64,000 nt of DNA, taken from an uncultured Gammaproteobacteria bacterium (GTDB lineage: Bacteria > Patescibacteriota > Patescibacteriia > Patescibacteriales > GWC2-42-12). The notes under the pieces are model-generated. The model saw only the letters and a list, made by a program, of their open reading frames with translations, did no database searches and was not told the DNA's origin. A program made the position numbers and the translations under genes. How positions within the stretch are numbered: position 1 is the first letter of the stretch; each line of letters opens with the position of its first letter. Positions 27,301 through 35,548 of the stretch are shown one piece after another. Where the stretch lies: NCBI GenBank assembly GCA_964526325.1, contig CAZGKM010000002.1, forward strand, positions 14,725 through 78,724, written 5' to 3'.

Positions 27301-29661
27301 AACATTGAAATTATTACAGCTATAATCACAGGTGCCGGTTTCACTAACTTCCCCGCCGCCGTAAGTTGAGCATTTGCCGGGCGAGTTTGGACAAAAATAA
27401 CTGCTTGAGCATTGGCTTAAGCCATAATTTGAGCAGGCCTGCCCATCGGAACATTCGGTTTTTCCGTCACTGTCCAAATCTTTACAGCCGCCGGTGGAAC
27501 AGCATTGCAGATCGCCGTCGCATTGATCCGGTTTATTGACGGGACAGCTATCACATTGGCCGGTAAGATGGTTGCATTGATTGGGAGCGCAACAGTTGAA
27601 GGTAATGGCACTGCCCTGCTGGACATTGGGTATATCGCATTTTTCTTGATTAACCGAACATTCACCTGACTTAGTGGAAAATGTCCAGCCAAAACCGCAG
27701 CCTCCTGGCGAACCCTGAGCGCAAGTCCCGGTTGCGCGGCAGATGCCTGACCAATAAGTGCCGCCGCCGCAACATTCTTCTCCCAACTCGCATTCGGAGC
27801 TGGAAGAACATTTGCCTACGCGAAAAGGCAAAGGATTGCTGATATATCCTTGGCTATCAATTATTCTGAACGGACCGCTGATTGAATCCACAGGCACATT
27901 ATTATCAACTTTTTGATCACCCCAGCTTCGTATTGAAGCTTCCTTATTATTAAAATATTGGGCGCGGCCGCTTCCCTGATTAACGCCGAATCTTTCGCCA
28001 TTTGCGGTTACCGGCCAGCCAACCGGACCGTTATTCGGATTTAACAGACAAAGGCCCGGAGTAGGCGTCTTGTTATTGATCGTAAAGTTGGCCGGCAAGC
28101 TGGTTTTATCATAAGAGTTGGTAACTTCAACTTTATAATCGCCCAGATTATTTACCTTTGGCACTTTAACAACAATATAAGTATCATGCCACCAATTATT
28201 GCGGCAGGCCTCGGGAAAATCAATATCGGCGTTGATTTTTGTATTCGGATCAGCCGGCCAATAAAATTTTACCGAACTTTTTTGCGCGTTGTAAATTTTA
28301 AAATTACGGCCGTAAATAGTTATATACTGGCCGGGCGGACCGTTATCCGGCTCGATATAGTCAATTGCCGGATTAGTATCAATATTATTAATCACCGTAA
28401 AAACAAGATCATTGGAATTGACATTATTCGTTTGAACAAACACCGAATTCCTGCCGTCTTGAATATTGGGTACGGTAGCGTCAACAGAAGTATTGGTCCA
28501 ATTGGCAATATTATTAGCTTCAATGGCGTTAGCGCTATTGCCGAATAAAACCGAATGAGGAGAAAGATTAAAGGCCGTGCCCTGGACATTAAAGTCATCG
28601 TCCAAACCGCCTCTGGACGGGTCAATCTGGCAGACTCCCGGACGCTTAATATTGTTTACCAAAAAATCATTAATCCGCGCGCCGCGGTTATTATCGGTCG
28701 TATCGTAATAATTTTTACTGTCGATTACTTTAATCGGACCGCTAACGGCTCCGTTAGGCACAGCGACTATAATCTGATTATCCTGCCAAAAACTAGTGCA
28801 GAGCGGATTAACTTCGTTCGGGAAAGTCGCAATTTTATCGTCGCTTGTATTATTGGGGTCGCCCATAAAAACTACTTGGCCGGTGGTTGTGCCGAAATAT
28901 CTGCCGCCTATGGTAATAAAATTTCCCACAGCGCCATTAGGCGTACTTGAAGCATCGATCGGGCTTACCCAGGCGATTAAAGGCGTTTTAATACAAGTAC
29001 AATTATCGTTAGACGAACAAACTAAATTATCCGCGCAATCAACCGCTTGGCAGCCGGCCAGATCGGTATCGGCGTCGCAACTTTGGCCGTCTGACGGCTG
29101 AGTTGATTTTTGGCAGGTACAGGTAGAACTAACGCAATCTAGACCGGACGCGCAGTCGCCGTTCGCGCATTGAGTATCTTGTAAATCAACCAAGCAAGGA
29201 TCGCCTTCTCCGGGCAAACCTCCGCCGCCCGGAGGTACGGTGCCTCCGCCGCCCGGAGGTACGGTGCCTCCGCCGCCGGTAGCATCTAGCAAACTGTTTA
29301 AAACAAAGCTGGCGATAGCGAATGAAGCCAAACAAATCAATAAGCCGATAACAGCGCCGATTAACACTTTTTTGGCTTTTTCAACTTTATCCGCCTCGCC
29401 TTCAGCCGTCATCCAAAGCCAGCCGGCATACATTATTAAGCCCACGGCGATAATTCCTAAAAAGCCCAATATTATTCTTATTATTCTGGCCGCGATAATT
29501 CTCGGATCGCTGGCCGCGCTTAAGCCCGTGCCTTCAGCGTAGTTTAAGCCAATATCAGGACCGGTAGCGGCCAAAACAAAATTAGCCACAGCAAAAACGG
29601 CTATTGCTAAAAAAATTAATAATAATAATTTCTTGATTACTTTATTCATGAGTGAAAACAA
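24316..29661 (-). CDS. giant (1781 aa) cysteine-rich surface protein with VirB2/TrbC-like N-terminal double-TM anchor and C-terminal FN3 domains
   Basis: Signal-like leader, the conserved ATGPDIGLNYAEGTGLS segment, two TM helices flanking a charged loop, and a (GGGGTVPP)x2 linker. A cysteine-rich region of about 1000 aa with EGF/CxxC-like spacing follows, then Ig-like segments and two C-terminal FN3-like domains (…VKYYFAVTAKY… and …VTYYFAVSSLD…). Confidence 0.7.
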   Translation of the reverse strand: MFSLMNKVIKKLLLLIFLAIAVFAVANFVLAATGPDIGLNYAEGTGLSAASDPRIIAARIIRIILGFLGIIAVGLIMYAGWLWMTAEGEADKVEKAKKVLIGAVIGLLICLASFAIASFVLNSLLDATGGGGTVPPGGGGTVPPGGGGLPGEGDPCLVDLQDTQCANGDCASGLDCVSSTCTCQKSTQPSDGQSCDADTDLAGCQAVDCADNLVCSSNDNCTCIKTPLIAWVSPIDASSTPNGAVGNFITIGGRYFGTTTGQVVFMGDPNNTSDDKIATFPNEVNPLCTSFWQDNQIIVAVPNGAVSGPIKVIDSKNYYDTTDNNRGARINDFLVNNIKRPGVCQIDPSRGGLDDDFNVQGTAFNLSPHSVLFGNSANAIEANNIANWTNTSVDATVPNIQDGRNSVFVQTNNVNSNDLVFTVINNIDTNPAIDYIEPDNGPPGQYITIYGRNFKIYNAQKSSVKFYWPADPNTKINADIDFPEACRNNWWHDTYIVVKVPKVNNLGDYKVEVTNSYDKTSLPANFTINNKTPTPGLCLLNPNNGPVGWPVTANGERFGVNQGSGRAQYFNNKEASIRSWGDQKVDNNVPVDSISGPFRIIDSQGYISNPLPFRVGKCSSSSECELGEECCGGGTYWSGICRATGTCAQGSPGGCGFGWTFSTKSGECSVNQEKCDIPNVQQGSAITFNCCAPNQCNHLTGQCDSCPVNKPDQCDGDLQCCSTGGCKDLDSDGKTECSDGQACSNYGLSQCSSSYFCPNSPGKCSTYGGGEVSETGTCDYSCNNFNVCKTDLCEYKLNVDKCAKKNQTCGLPKVVNYTLSDIAATSTASCLAYGGENRWIITISTSCPSGWTSIFGGRCMENNTTCSACDTGFKCIKETSGAIVGICAVEQSLCPIGSICGSDNKCTKSDSASCECCCRIGHDGEDCCSPLKCEGKCGSDITANTNTYGRCSGCAGVGTTQIEHNEACNCSGTSGKFCLIDSANPSGVCQDCAQISSAATCSGLGVGTCCVDAKNKNACRGGEAPYATGLPAYNYCAYYECGAGSCSNIAVASSSSPSYATLAECDNKCKPAAQFGNTCFESAMTTQSCDINKCVGFACLNEDGTGPVPSNCGTCCCDPFAALDSCASLNSSLICKPNQAPCSGDKRGLCCGCSQDSECGDANSVGCGNDTCCHARPNVIETVPAAGAVDVCRNSLVKVTFDQPMRTDTFNGNIIVAGEYGSDQCPANTKYLTAIYKPGLFVKLTNWLAGLPIFNKFFINQAQAMAGNFCAVPGMVKGYIQANETTVLEFRLQKILEANRKYYVIIKGDSDVSDAMNNGVLSQSGIGLKTTDEEIFNGVNFKGKIWSFTTKAETADNKGVCFVNYVAINPSGYLFNTVVNDPADDDSANAAYDTIRDVDKVFRATAYFSPTQPVMPIENVYNWRWDWLIDDKSVAKFINGENALDDNPVQTLVAQNVKEANTLLHVKTTITQDAVGKISTVGQFKENAADVYVFLCANPWPPFKDDGSWEPWRDASSNCTTVAGGCSGTNFELYYCRDTGEAGTADDFPPILSDKAVIRGSSAEQNIIKEFYFFREDTPDIASNLATTTNDTIKQGGKAGLTWQAISVPTGQIFDKYLVYYGTKSGGYSQSISVADPGTIANPVVISNLTNGVKYYFAVTAKYKSGAESSYSNETNFIPADVWPPQIPQNLAGTAGAGKAVITWQANTDDTAIYKIYFGAESGSLGASVNLEKNKCSAATGQCEITINNLSAGVTYYFAVSSLDLKANESDKSEEINLTIL
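29223..29270. repeat. 24-nt perfect tandem duplication (ccgccgcccggaggtacggtgcct x2), in-frame in the giant gene, encoding the Gly/Pro linker
   Basis: The direct tandem repeat is seen in the sequence. It translates (minus strand) to GGGGTVPPGGGGTVPP. Confidence 0.8.
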
Positions 29662-29690
29662 ATTTTAATTTTTAATTTTTAAATAATTTT

Positions 29691-31457
29691 TTACCAACAA
29701 CTGCTATTACTGCTCGGCGTGCCATCGCAACAAGAAGGATTGCCGTTTACGCCAAGGCCGGAGCAAGGCGTATAACAATTCTGATAAATGTCTTTAATGC
29801 CGGAATTCAACTCAACCGAGTAATTGGTGTCTTCATTAAACTGATCATGATTAACGTAAGCGGTCGTTTTACTGTCGCTAAAATTATCGCTTTTGGTTAT
29901 CCAGTAGTTATAAAGAGTGGCCGCGCTTTTTAAATTTATGCTTGAGCTATTTAACGATGAGCTCATTAAAAATTTATTAAAAGTAGCTTCCGGTACGGCC
30001 GATAAATCCACTCCGCTGATGCCGACCGACGGATTTATCTGATCTACCTTTGGCGGTATAATATCAATCGTATTGTTAGTATTGAACAACCAATAATAAT
30101 CATCGCCTTGGCCATCGTGCGTTTGGCTGTTGGCGTTATAGGGCACTAAATTGCTTTGCGACTCCGGCCCCTGAGACGTGCCATCGCTATTGCCGTCAAA
30201 CGAATTATCCGCCATATCAACTACGCCGTCGTAAGGGAAAACGGCCGAAGCAATATTAACGTCAAAAGTCGCGGCATTAATAAAAGCTTTAATTTGCTTA
30301 TTGCCGGGCAAGCAATAAATCGTCTGACCGCAAGAATTAATGCCGCAAGCGTCAAAAGTTAAATATTCCACGGTTTTATACTGGTTGGAAATATAAAAAA
30401 TACCCTCGATTATGACGCTATCGGTATTATTTAAAACCTTGATATTATCAAATCCGTCACCATCTTTAAAAAATCCACTGGCCGAAATCGGGTCAACCGC
30501 CTCGGAAAAATTTATTTGCACGACGACGTTTCTCGGTTCGGTAGTGCTGGGCTGTGGAATTATGCTTTCTACTTTCGGCGGCGTGGTATCAATAAAAGTT
30601 CCGACTTCAAACATCCAGTCATAAGCTATTTCGCCTAACACGGCGCCAAAAGCCAAATCGCCATTGGCTTTTTTTATGTTCTTGCTTAAGCCGACCGTGT
30701 ACCAAATTTTTTCCGTGGGCGAGCCTAAATATTGCGTCGGCTTAAAAACAAAAGTTTTATTATCGTCGGTTTTAAACGCGCTGACATCAAAAGTCACCGC
30801 GCCGGCTACGCCGTCTACGGTTTTATAAATTTTAATATTTTGCTGGTTGATCTTGCCATCGGTTATAATAGTGGCCGGATCGATAGCCTCTTTAAAAGTA
30901 ACCGCGATTTTGGTGTTTCTCGGAACGTCTTTTTGGTTGCGTGCCGGATAATGGGAATTGATTATGCCTGAACCTAAAGCTGAAATTCCGCCGCCGGCGC
31001 CTCCGCCCGGAGGTCCGGCAACGTTGCCGTCAACTATGCCCATTAATTTATTAAGAATAAAGCTGACTATCGCGAAAGCCGCTAAAATAATTAATAGACC
31101 GATAACCGCGTTGGTTAACGTCTTTTTGGCCTGCGCGATTTTTTCTTCATTGCCTTCGCTTGTCATCCAGAGCCAGCCGGCATACATTATTAAACTCACC
31201 GCTATAATGCCAAGAAAACCGATAATTATTCTGATAATTTTAGCGATAGTTACTCTTATATCCTGGGAATTGCTTAAGCCCGTGCCTTCAGCGTAGTTTA
31301 AGCCAATTTCAGGTCCGGTCGCGGCCAAAACAAAATTTGACAACAAAAAAATAGCCAATAGCATAAATAAACATACGCCGGCTATTTTATAAAGCCTATT
31401 AAATTTTCCGTTTTTTAGCATGGTAAAAAATAAGTTTAAAAACTTTGACTTTTGCAC
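29691..31457 (-). CDS. 588-aa surface protein sharing the VirB2/TrbC-like N-terminal module, with Ig-like domains and a Cys-rich C-terminus
   Basis: The N-terminal roughly 130 aa are about 70% identical to the giant protein (FVLAATGPEIGLNYAEGTGLS…IIRIIIGFLGIIAVSLIMYAGWLWMTSEG…). A GPPGGGAGGG linker follows, then TPPKV- and IPPKVDQ-type Ig-like segments and a C-terminal CYTPCSGLGVNGNPSCCDG. Confidence 0.65.
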   Translation of the reverse strand: MQKSKFLNLFFTMLKNGKFNRLYKIAGVCLFMLLAIFLLSNFVLAATGPEIGLNYAEGTGLSNSQDIRVTIAKIIRIIIGFLGIIAVSLIMYAGWLWMTSEGNEEKIAQAKKTLTNAVIGLLIILAAFAIVSFILNKLMGIVDGNVAGPPGGGAGGGISALGSGIINSHYPARNQKDVPRNTKIAVTFKEAIDPATIITDGKINQQNIKIYKTVDGVAGAVTFDVSAFKTDDNKTFVFKPTQYLGSPTEKIWYTVGLSKNIKKANGDLAFGAVLGEIAYDWMFEVGTFIDTTPPKVESIIPQPSTTEPRNVVVQINFSEAVDPISASGFFKDGDGFDNIKVLNNTDSVIIEGIFYISNQYKTVEYLTFDACGINSCGQTIYCLPGNKQIKAFINAATFDVNIASAVFPYDGVVDMADNSFDGNSDGTSQGPESQSNLVPYNANSQTHDGQGDDYYWLFNTNNTIDIIPPKVDQINPSVGISGVDLSAVPEATFNKFLMSSSLNSSSINLKSAATLYNYWITKSDNFSDSKTTAYVNHDQFNEDTNYSVELNSGIKDIYQNCYTPCSGLGVNGNPSCCDGTPSSNSSCW

Positions 31458-31507
31458 AATCTTGTAATAATATTATAACATAAACAAAATAACAAAAGCA
31501 AATAATC

Positions 31508-32974
31508 ATGACCATAAATCAAATTATAAACAACTTTAAGCAAAATTACCCGAAAGCTGATACGACCATGATTCAGCTGGCTTATGAATTCGCCGTTAAG
31601 GCCCACTCGGGCCAAAAAAGAAAAAGCGGCGAACCTTATATCCAGCACTCTTTACATACGGCTTTTGTTTTAGTTCAGATTAAAGCTGACATGGAAACTA
31701 TTATTGCCGGTCTTTTGCATGATATCCCGGAAGATAGCGAATATACTTTGGCGGATATAGAAAAAAATTTTGGCAAAGAGATAGCCGATCTGGTGGAAGG
31801 CATAACCAAATTAAGTAAAATTAAATACCGCGGCATTGAACGCTACCGCGAAAGTCTGCGCAAGATGTTTTTAGCCATGGCGCAAGACTTAAGAGTTATT
31901 TTGATAAAATTCGCCGACCGCCTGCATAACCTAAGAACGCTGGAATCCCTGCCTTTGGAAAAACGCCAACGCATCGCCCGCGAAACTTTGGAAATTTACG
32001 CTCCGATCGCTGGCCTTCTGGGTATCTGGAGATTAAAATGGCAGATGGAAGATATCTGCTTTAAGCATCTCCACCCGGAAGACTATAAAAAAATAGCTTA
32101 TAAATTTGAAGTGGAAAAAAAACTTGAGCACAATCAATATATCCAAAGAGTTAAAAACATGCTGGGCGCGAAACTCCGAGAGGCAAAAATTTCTTTCCAT
32201 ATTATCAGCCGTTTTAAGCATCTTTACAGCATCTATTTAAAACTGCAGAAAAAAGACAGAAAATTCGACGAAATTCACGATGTTTTTGCCTTGCGGATTA
32301 TTGTATCCAACGTTGCCGATTGTTACAAAACATTAGGCATAATTCATTCTTTATGGCGGCCCAACCCGGGAAGGTTTAAAGATTACATCGCCGTGCCAAA
32401 GCCTAACGGCTATCGAGCTCTTCATACTACTGTTTACGGCCCGGAAGGCAAATCCACTGAATTTCAAATCAGAACCGAAGAAATGGATGACGTGGCCAAA
32501 TACGGCATAGCCGCCCATTGGTCCTATAAAATGAGCGGCGGCCGCAGCGAAAATTCAAAAAAACAGCCGGATTGGGTAAAAGAAGTCTTGCAAATTCAAA
32601 AAGAAACCGAAAACACCTCTGATTTTATCAAGCAAATAAAATTCGACGTTTTCCGCGACCGTATTTTTATTTTTACGCCCAAAGGCGACGTCTTTGATTT
32701 GCCGGAAGGAGCTACGCCGATTGATTTCGCTTATTATGTACATTCGGATATCGGCAACCAAGCGGTCAGCGCTTTAGTTAATGATAATATCGCTCCTTTA
32801 AGTCAAGAACTGAAAAACGGCGACTTGGTGGAAATTATCACTGAAAAAAAACGCCAAGGCCCGAGCCGCGACTGGCTTAAATTCGTTAAAACCGCCACGG
32901 CCAGAAATAAAATCAAACAAAATTTAAAAAATACCATGATGGATAATATTAAAAGATTCATACCAAAGATATAA
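31508..32974 (+). CDS. rel: (p)ppGpp synthetase/hydrolase, short RelA/SpoT homolog (HD + synthetase + TGS)
   Basis: HD motif (…HSLHTAFVL…LLHDIPED), a RelA_SpoT synthetase region and a TGS-like C-terminus. At 488 aa it lacks the ACT/RRM tail. Confidence 0.85.
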   Translation: MTINQIINNFKQNYPKADTTMIQLAYEFAVKAHSGQKRKSGEPYIQHSLHTAFVLVQIKADMETIIAGLLHDIPEDSEYTLADIEKNFGKEIADLVEGITKLSKIKYRGIERYRESLRKMFLAMAQDLRVILIKFADRLHNLRTLESLPLEKRQRIARETLEIYAPIAGLLGIWRLKWQMEDICFKHLHPEDYKKIAYKFEVEKKLEHNQYIQRVKNMLGAKLREAKISFHIISRFKHLYSIYLKLQKKDRKFDEIHDVFALRIIVSNVADCYKTLGIIHSLWRPNPGRFKDYIAVPKPNGYRALHTTVYGPEGKSTEFQIRTEEMDDVAKYGIAAHWSYKMSGGRSENSKKQPDWVKEVLQIQKETENTSDFIKQIKFDVFRDRIFIFTPKGDVFDLPEGATPIDFAYYVHSDIGNQAVSALVNDNIAPLSQELKNGDLVEIITEKKRQGPSRDWLKFVKTATARNKIKQNLKNTMMDNIKRFIPKI

Positions 32975-32991
32975 AATAGAAACACACAAAA

Positions 32992-33024
32992 AACACCGCG
33001 GCTTAAGCGGTGTTTTATGTTATT
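32992..33024 (+). terminator. rho-independent terminator after rel
   Basis: aacaccgc-ggcttaa-gcggtgtt stem-loop followed by a T-rich tract. Confidence 0.6.
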
Positions 33025-33084
33025 TTGGCAGTTTAATTTTTTCTTTTAATTTCTTTCAACAGTTTTTATCCTCGCTTTAGATTT

Positions 33085-33270
33085 TTATTTTAAAATTTTT
33101 TGATAGCATGGAAAACAATATGACCTATTCCCAGAAATTACGGTTCCGCATTTTTTGCATTTACGCCGCCCAAAACTAACAAAACTTCTGCTTTTATTTT
33201 TTTCGTGGCACGAATAACATGCAGAAAATATTCCTGGTGTAACTCTGCCACATTTGCCACATTTCCCCAT
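33085..33270 (-). CDS. small zinc-ribbon protein
   Basis: 61 aa with two CxxC…CxxC pairs (CGKCG…CYSC; CKKCG…CFPC). It is co-directional with, and immediately downstream of, the ImmA-like gene. Confidence 0.35.
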   Translation of the reverse strand: MGKCGKCGRVTPGIFSACYSCHEKNKSRSFVSFGRRKCKKCGTVISGNRSYCFPCYQKILK

Positions 33271-33271
33271 A

Positions 33272-33880
33272 TTATTTATTTAAATCGGCTAAAGCTATTT
33301 CAAGTGGCGTAGGGCTAACGCCAAAATATTTTGCTATCGGTCCGGCCATATATTCATTAAGCGTCTTAGGATCTATTTTTGAAATATCAATGTTATTATC
33401 AAACAAAAATTTATTTAATACTTTAATTTTTATTTCTCTTAATTTATCCCTGGGTATCAATAAATAATTGGCAAAATTATTTGCTTGCACTTCTATAAAA
33501 TGGTGTTGATCGCCGGTTAATTCGTCATGAAATTTAGTAATATCGTCAGAATCTTTGATTTTAAACCGTTCAAAAAGATTTTTATGCAAAATTAAATGGC
33601 CCACTTCGTGAGCATAGGAAAATCTTAATCTGTTGTTTCCAGCTCTATACGACTCATCATCCACTACCATGTGTTGCCAATCAGATGTTATAAATGCATC
33701 AAAACCTTTTAATTTAAGTAGCTCGGGCTTTGTTACGATATTAATTTTCAACTTTACATCAATGATTGTCTCTATATCTACAGGAATTGTATTATTCCAA
33801 TATTTTTCTCTGAATATTTCTGCCGCTTTATAAATATCAGCCTTGGACAAATAAGGCACCATGAAATTTTGAAAATTCAT
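33272..33880 (-). CDS. ImmA/IrrE-family zinc metallopeptidase
   Basis: HEXXH motif in YAHEVGHLILH with the DUF955/ImmA layout. It overlaps or abuts the XRE gene upstream. Confidence 0.7.
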   Translation of the reverse strand: MNFQNFMVPYLSKADIYKAAEIFREKYWNNTIPVDIETIIDVKLKINIVTKPELLKLKGFDAFITSDWQHMVVDDESYRAGNNRLRFSYAHEVGHLILHKNLFERFKIKDSDDITKFHDELTGDQHHFIEVQANNFANYLLIPRDKLREIKIKVLNKFLFDNNIDISKIDPKTLNEYMAGPIAKYFGVSPTPLEIALADLNK

Positions 33881-33884
33881 TTTT

Positions 33885-34265
33885 TTATTTGTTATTTTTT
33901 ATTAACTTGAATAAATCTTCAATTTCTTCCTTTGTCGGCTTTTCATTTCTGACAGTTCTAAAAAATGCCGGCATTAATTTTAATGCTTCCGCGTCCGAAA
34001 GAATGTCTTGCGGAATTATCCCCTGAGCAATTTGTGCTTCATCTATAAATTCACGCATTTCTTCACTCCCGTTTTTTAGCCCTAATATTTTCGCCCATCT
34101 CGCCAATATTTTTTCATCCGCCGGCGGCGGAATTAAGCCTCTTTCAACTTTACTCCAGTTGCTTGGATCATATCCAGTTTCTTTACAAACATTCCTTAAG
34201 CTTAATTCTTGCTTAATTCTTAAATCTTTAAGCATTTCGCCGAATTTTTGTAGATTTTTTTTCAT
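33885..34265 (-). CDS. XRE-family helix-turn-helix transcriptional regulator
   Basis: N-terminal HTH (…FGEMLKDLRIKQELSLRNVCKETGYDPSNWSKVERG…). Confidence 0.7.
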   Translation of the reverse strand: MKKNLQKFGEMLKDLRIKQELSLRNVCKETGYDPSNWSKVERGLIPPPADEKILARWAKILGLKNGSEEMREFIDEAQIAQGIIPQDILSDAEALKLMPAFFRTVRNEKPTKEEIEDLFKLIKNNK

Positions 34266-34301
34266 TGATTCACCACCTTTCTAGTTTTTTATAAATTAAA
34301 T

Positions 34302-34327
34302 AAGTGTGGTATTATTTTACCACACTT
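34302..34327. promoter_or_regulatory. perfect 10-bp inverted repeat operator (aagtgtggta-ttattt-taccacactt) in the divergent promoter region
   Basis: Seen directly in the sequence. It lies between the XRE gene start (34265) and the TTGACA -35-like box at 34349. A strong RBS aaggagga sits at 34409-34416, before the ATG at 34421. Confidence 0.6.
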
Positions 34328-34420
34328 AAAATATTTGTAAAGTTATTATTGACATTTATATTGTATTGATATAACATCAATAATTAAACAAAATTTTGTT
34401 CATTTCATAAGGAGGAAATT

Positions 34421-34918
34421 ATGGCATCGTTAGAAAACGTGAAAGGCAGAATAGCGGAAATGGCGGTTGAAGCAATCTTTATGGCGTCAGGACATACTAT
34501 ATACCAAACCGGCATAGAGTATCGTATGCCATCGCTTTTTCATTGCGAAGTTAAACCGAAAAAAAATTTCTATGACAAGACAACGGATAAGCTGTGTGAC
34601 ATTCCTGACTTTGCTTTACCTGGTTTCAACGGAGAATTAGAATATATTGAGGTAAAATTTAGGCAATATGGGAACTTCTACAAAGAAGATAAACCCCTGC
34701 TTGAAAAACTCGCCAAATTCTGGGAACCTACTATTATTATAGTTTCATTAAAGAACGGCCAAGCTCATTTTACGAAAGTTGAACCACCCTACATAAAAGA
34801 TGGCAGTTGTGCACCGCTAAACGGAATATCAATTTTTGAAGTTGTTCGTTGGGCGCTTGATCCTTTATTACTTCCGTATTGTACAAAATTTGTAGAGATG
34901 TTGAATGAAATAAAATAG
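34421..34918 (+). CDS. hypothetical protein with Hjc-like / restriction-endonuclease-like PD-(D/E)xK motif arrangement
   Basis: N-terminal GRIAEMAVEAIFMASGH (G-x-x-x-E helix), then …DIPDFAL… and ELEYIEVKFRQ (a D…E-x-K arrangement). It has a strong SD and sits downstream of the operator palindrome. Confidence 0.4.
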   Translation: MASLENVKGRIAEMAVEAIFMASGHTIYQTGIEYRMPSLFHCEVKPKKNFYDKTTDKLCDIPDFALPGFNGELEYIEVKFRQYGNFYKEDKPLLEKLAKFWEPTIIIVSLKNGQAHFTKVEPPYIKDGSCAPLNGISIFEVVRWALDPLLLPYCTKFVEMLNEIK

Positions 34919-34934
34919 CAAACAGTTGCTACTC

Positions 34935-34970
34935 GCGTCTTGAATTAAATTTCGAGACGCTTTTTATTTT
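34935..34970 (+). terminator. rho-independent terminator
   Basis: gcgtcttgaa-ttaaat-ttcgagacgc stem followed by tttttatttt. Confidence 0.55.
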
Positions 34971-35514
34971 ATTTAAATTAGAATATTTCTTATAAAATTA
35001 TTTAATATTAGCTAATATTGTAACTTATAATTAATATATTTATCCGCAACTATTTGACATATTTTTTTCAATAAAATCAATTATTTTAGCTAATTTTAGA
35101 AAAAAACAGCAATTTTTAATTAAAAATAGAAAAAAACAGCATGCTATAATATTAATAGAGTACTTTCTCGTTCCTCGGAAACGAGCTAATTAACCCGATC
35201 TGTAGTCTGAGGCGTAGATCGAAAAAATATATACGTATGGGGAAAGAGTCAAAAACTTTTCTTATCGGTCGCAAAGCTGACAAAGGAACTTTAGTCAGTG
35301 TTGAATACGCTCGAGCTCATAAAAAAAGTTGTATTGTAGAAAGAATGCCAAAAAAAGGATTCGGCGACACAAAATAATTATTCAACTATCAAACGGTTAG
35401 AAGAAAGGCTTGGTACCAAACGAGCGACTCACCTCGAGAAAATATTAAAGTTAAGTAATTCCAGATTTGAGAGGGTTAAAAGATTGCTTGTGTTATAGCT
35501 CCTGACTCTACCAT

Positions 35515-35548
35515 AAAGCCCGCCAATAAAAGGCGGGCTTTAAAATTT
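35515..35548. terminator. bidirectional stem-loop terminator
   Basis: aaagcccgcc-aataaaa-ggcgggcttt followed by T-rich sequence. It lies directly after the stop of the minus-strand J-domain gene and at the end of an ORF-poor plus-strand segment. Confidence 0.55.

Noticed and set aside
29223-29270. Perfect 24-nt tandem repeat considered as possible CRISPR/minisatellite
   Set aside because: There are only two to three units, no spacers, and it is in-frame in the giant gene encoding the GGGGTVPP linker. It is not a CRISPR array.
25095-29542. About a dozen 60-130-aa ORFs on both strands inside 24316-29661
   Set aside because: All are nested in the continuous 1781-codon reading frame. They are created by the locally GC-richer, Cys/Gly-codon-biased sequence. 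None has motifs or ribosome-binding sites.
33085-34265. XRE + ImmA + Zn-ribbon as evidence of a prophage
   Set aside because: No integrase, terminase, capsid, tail or att-like direct repeats are visible in the window. I interpret it as a regulatory/defense module rather than calling a mobile element.
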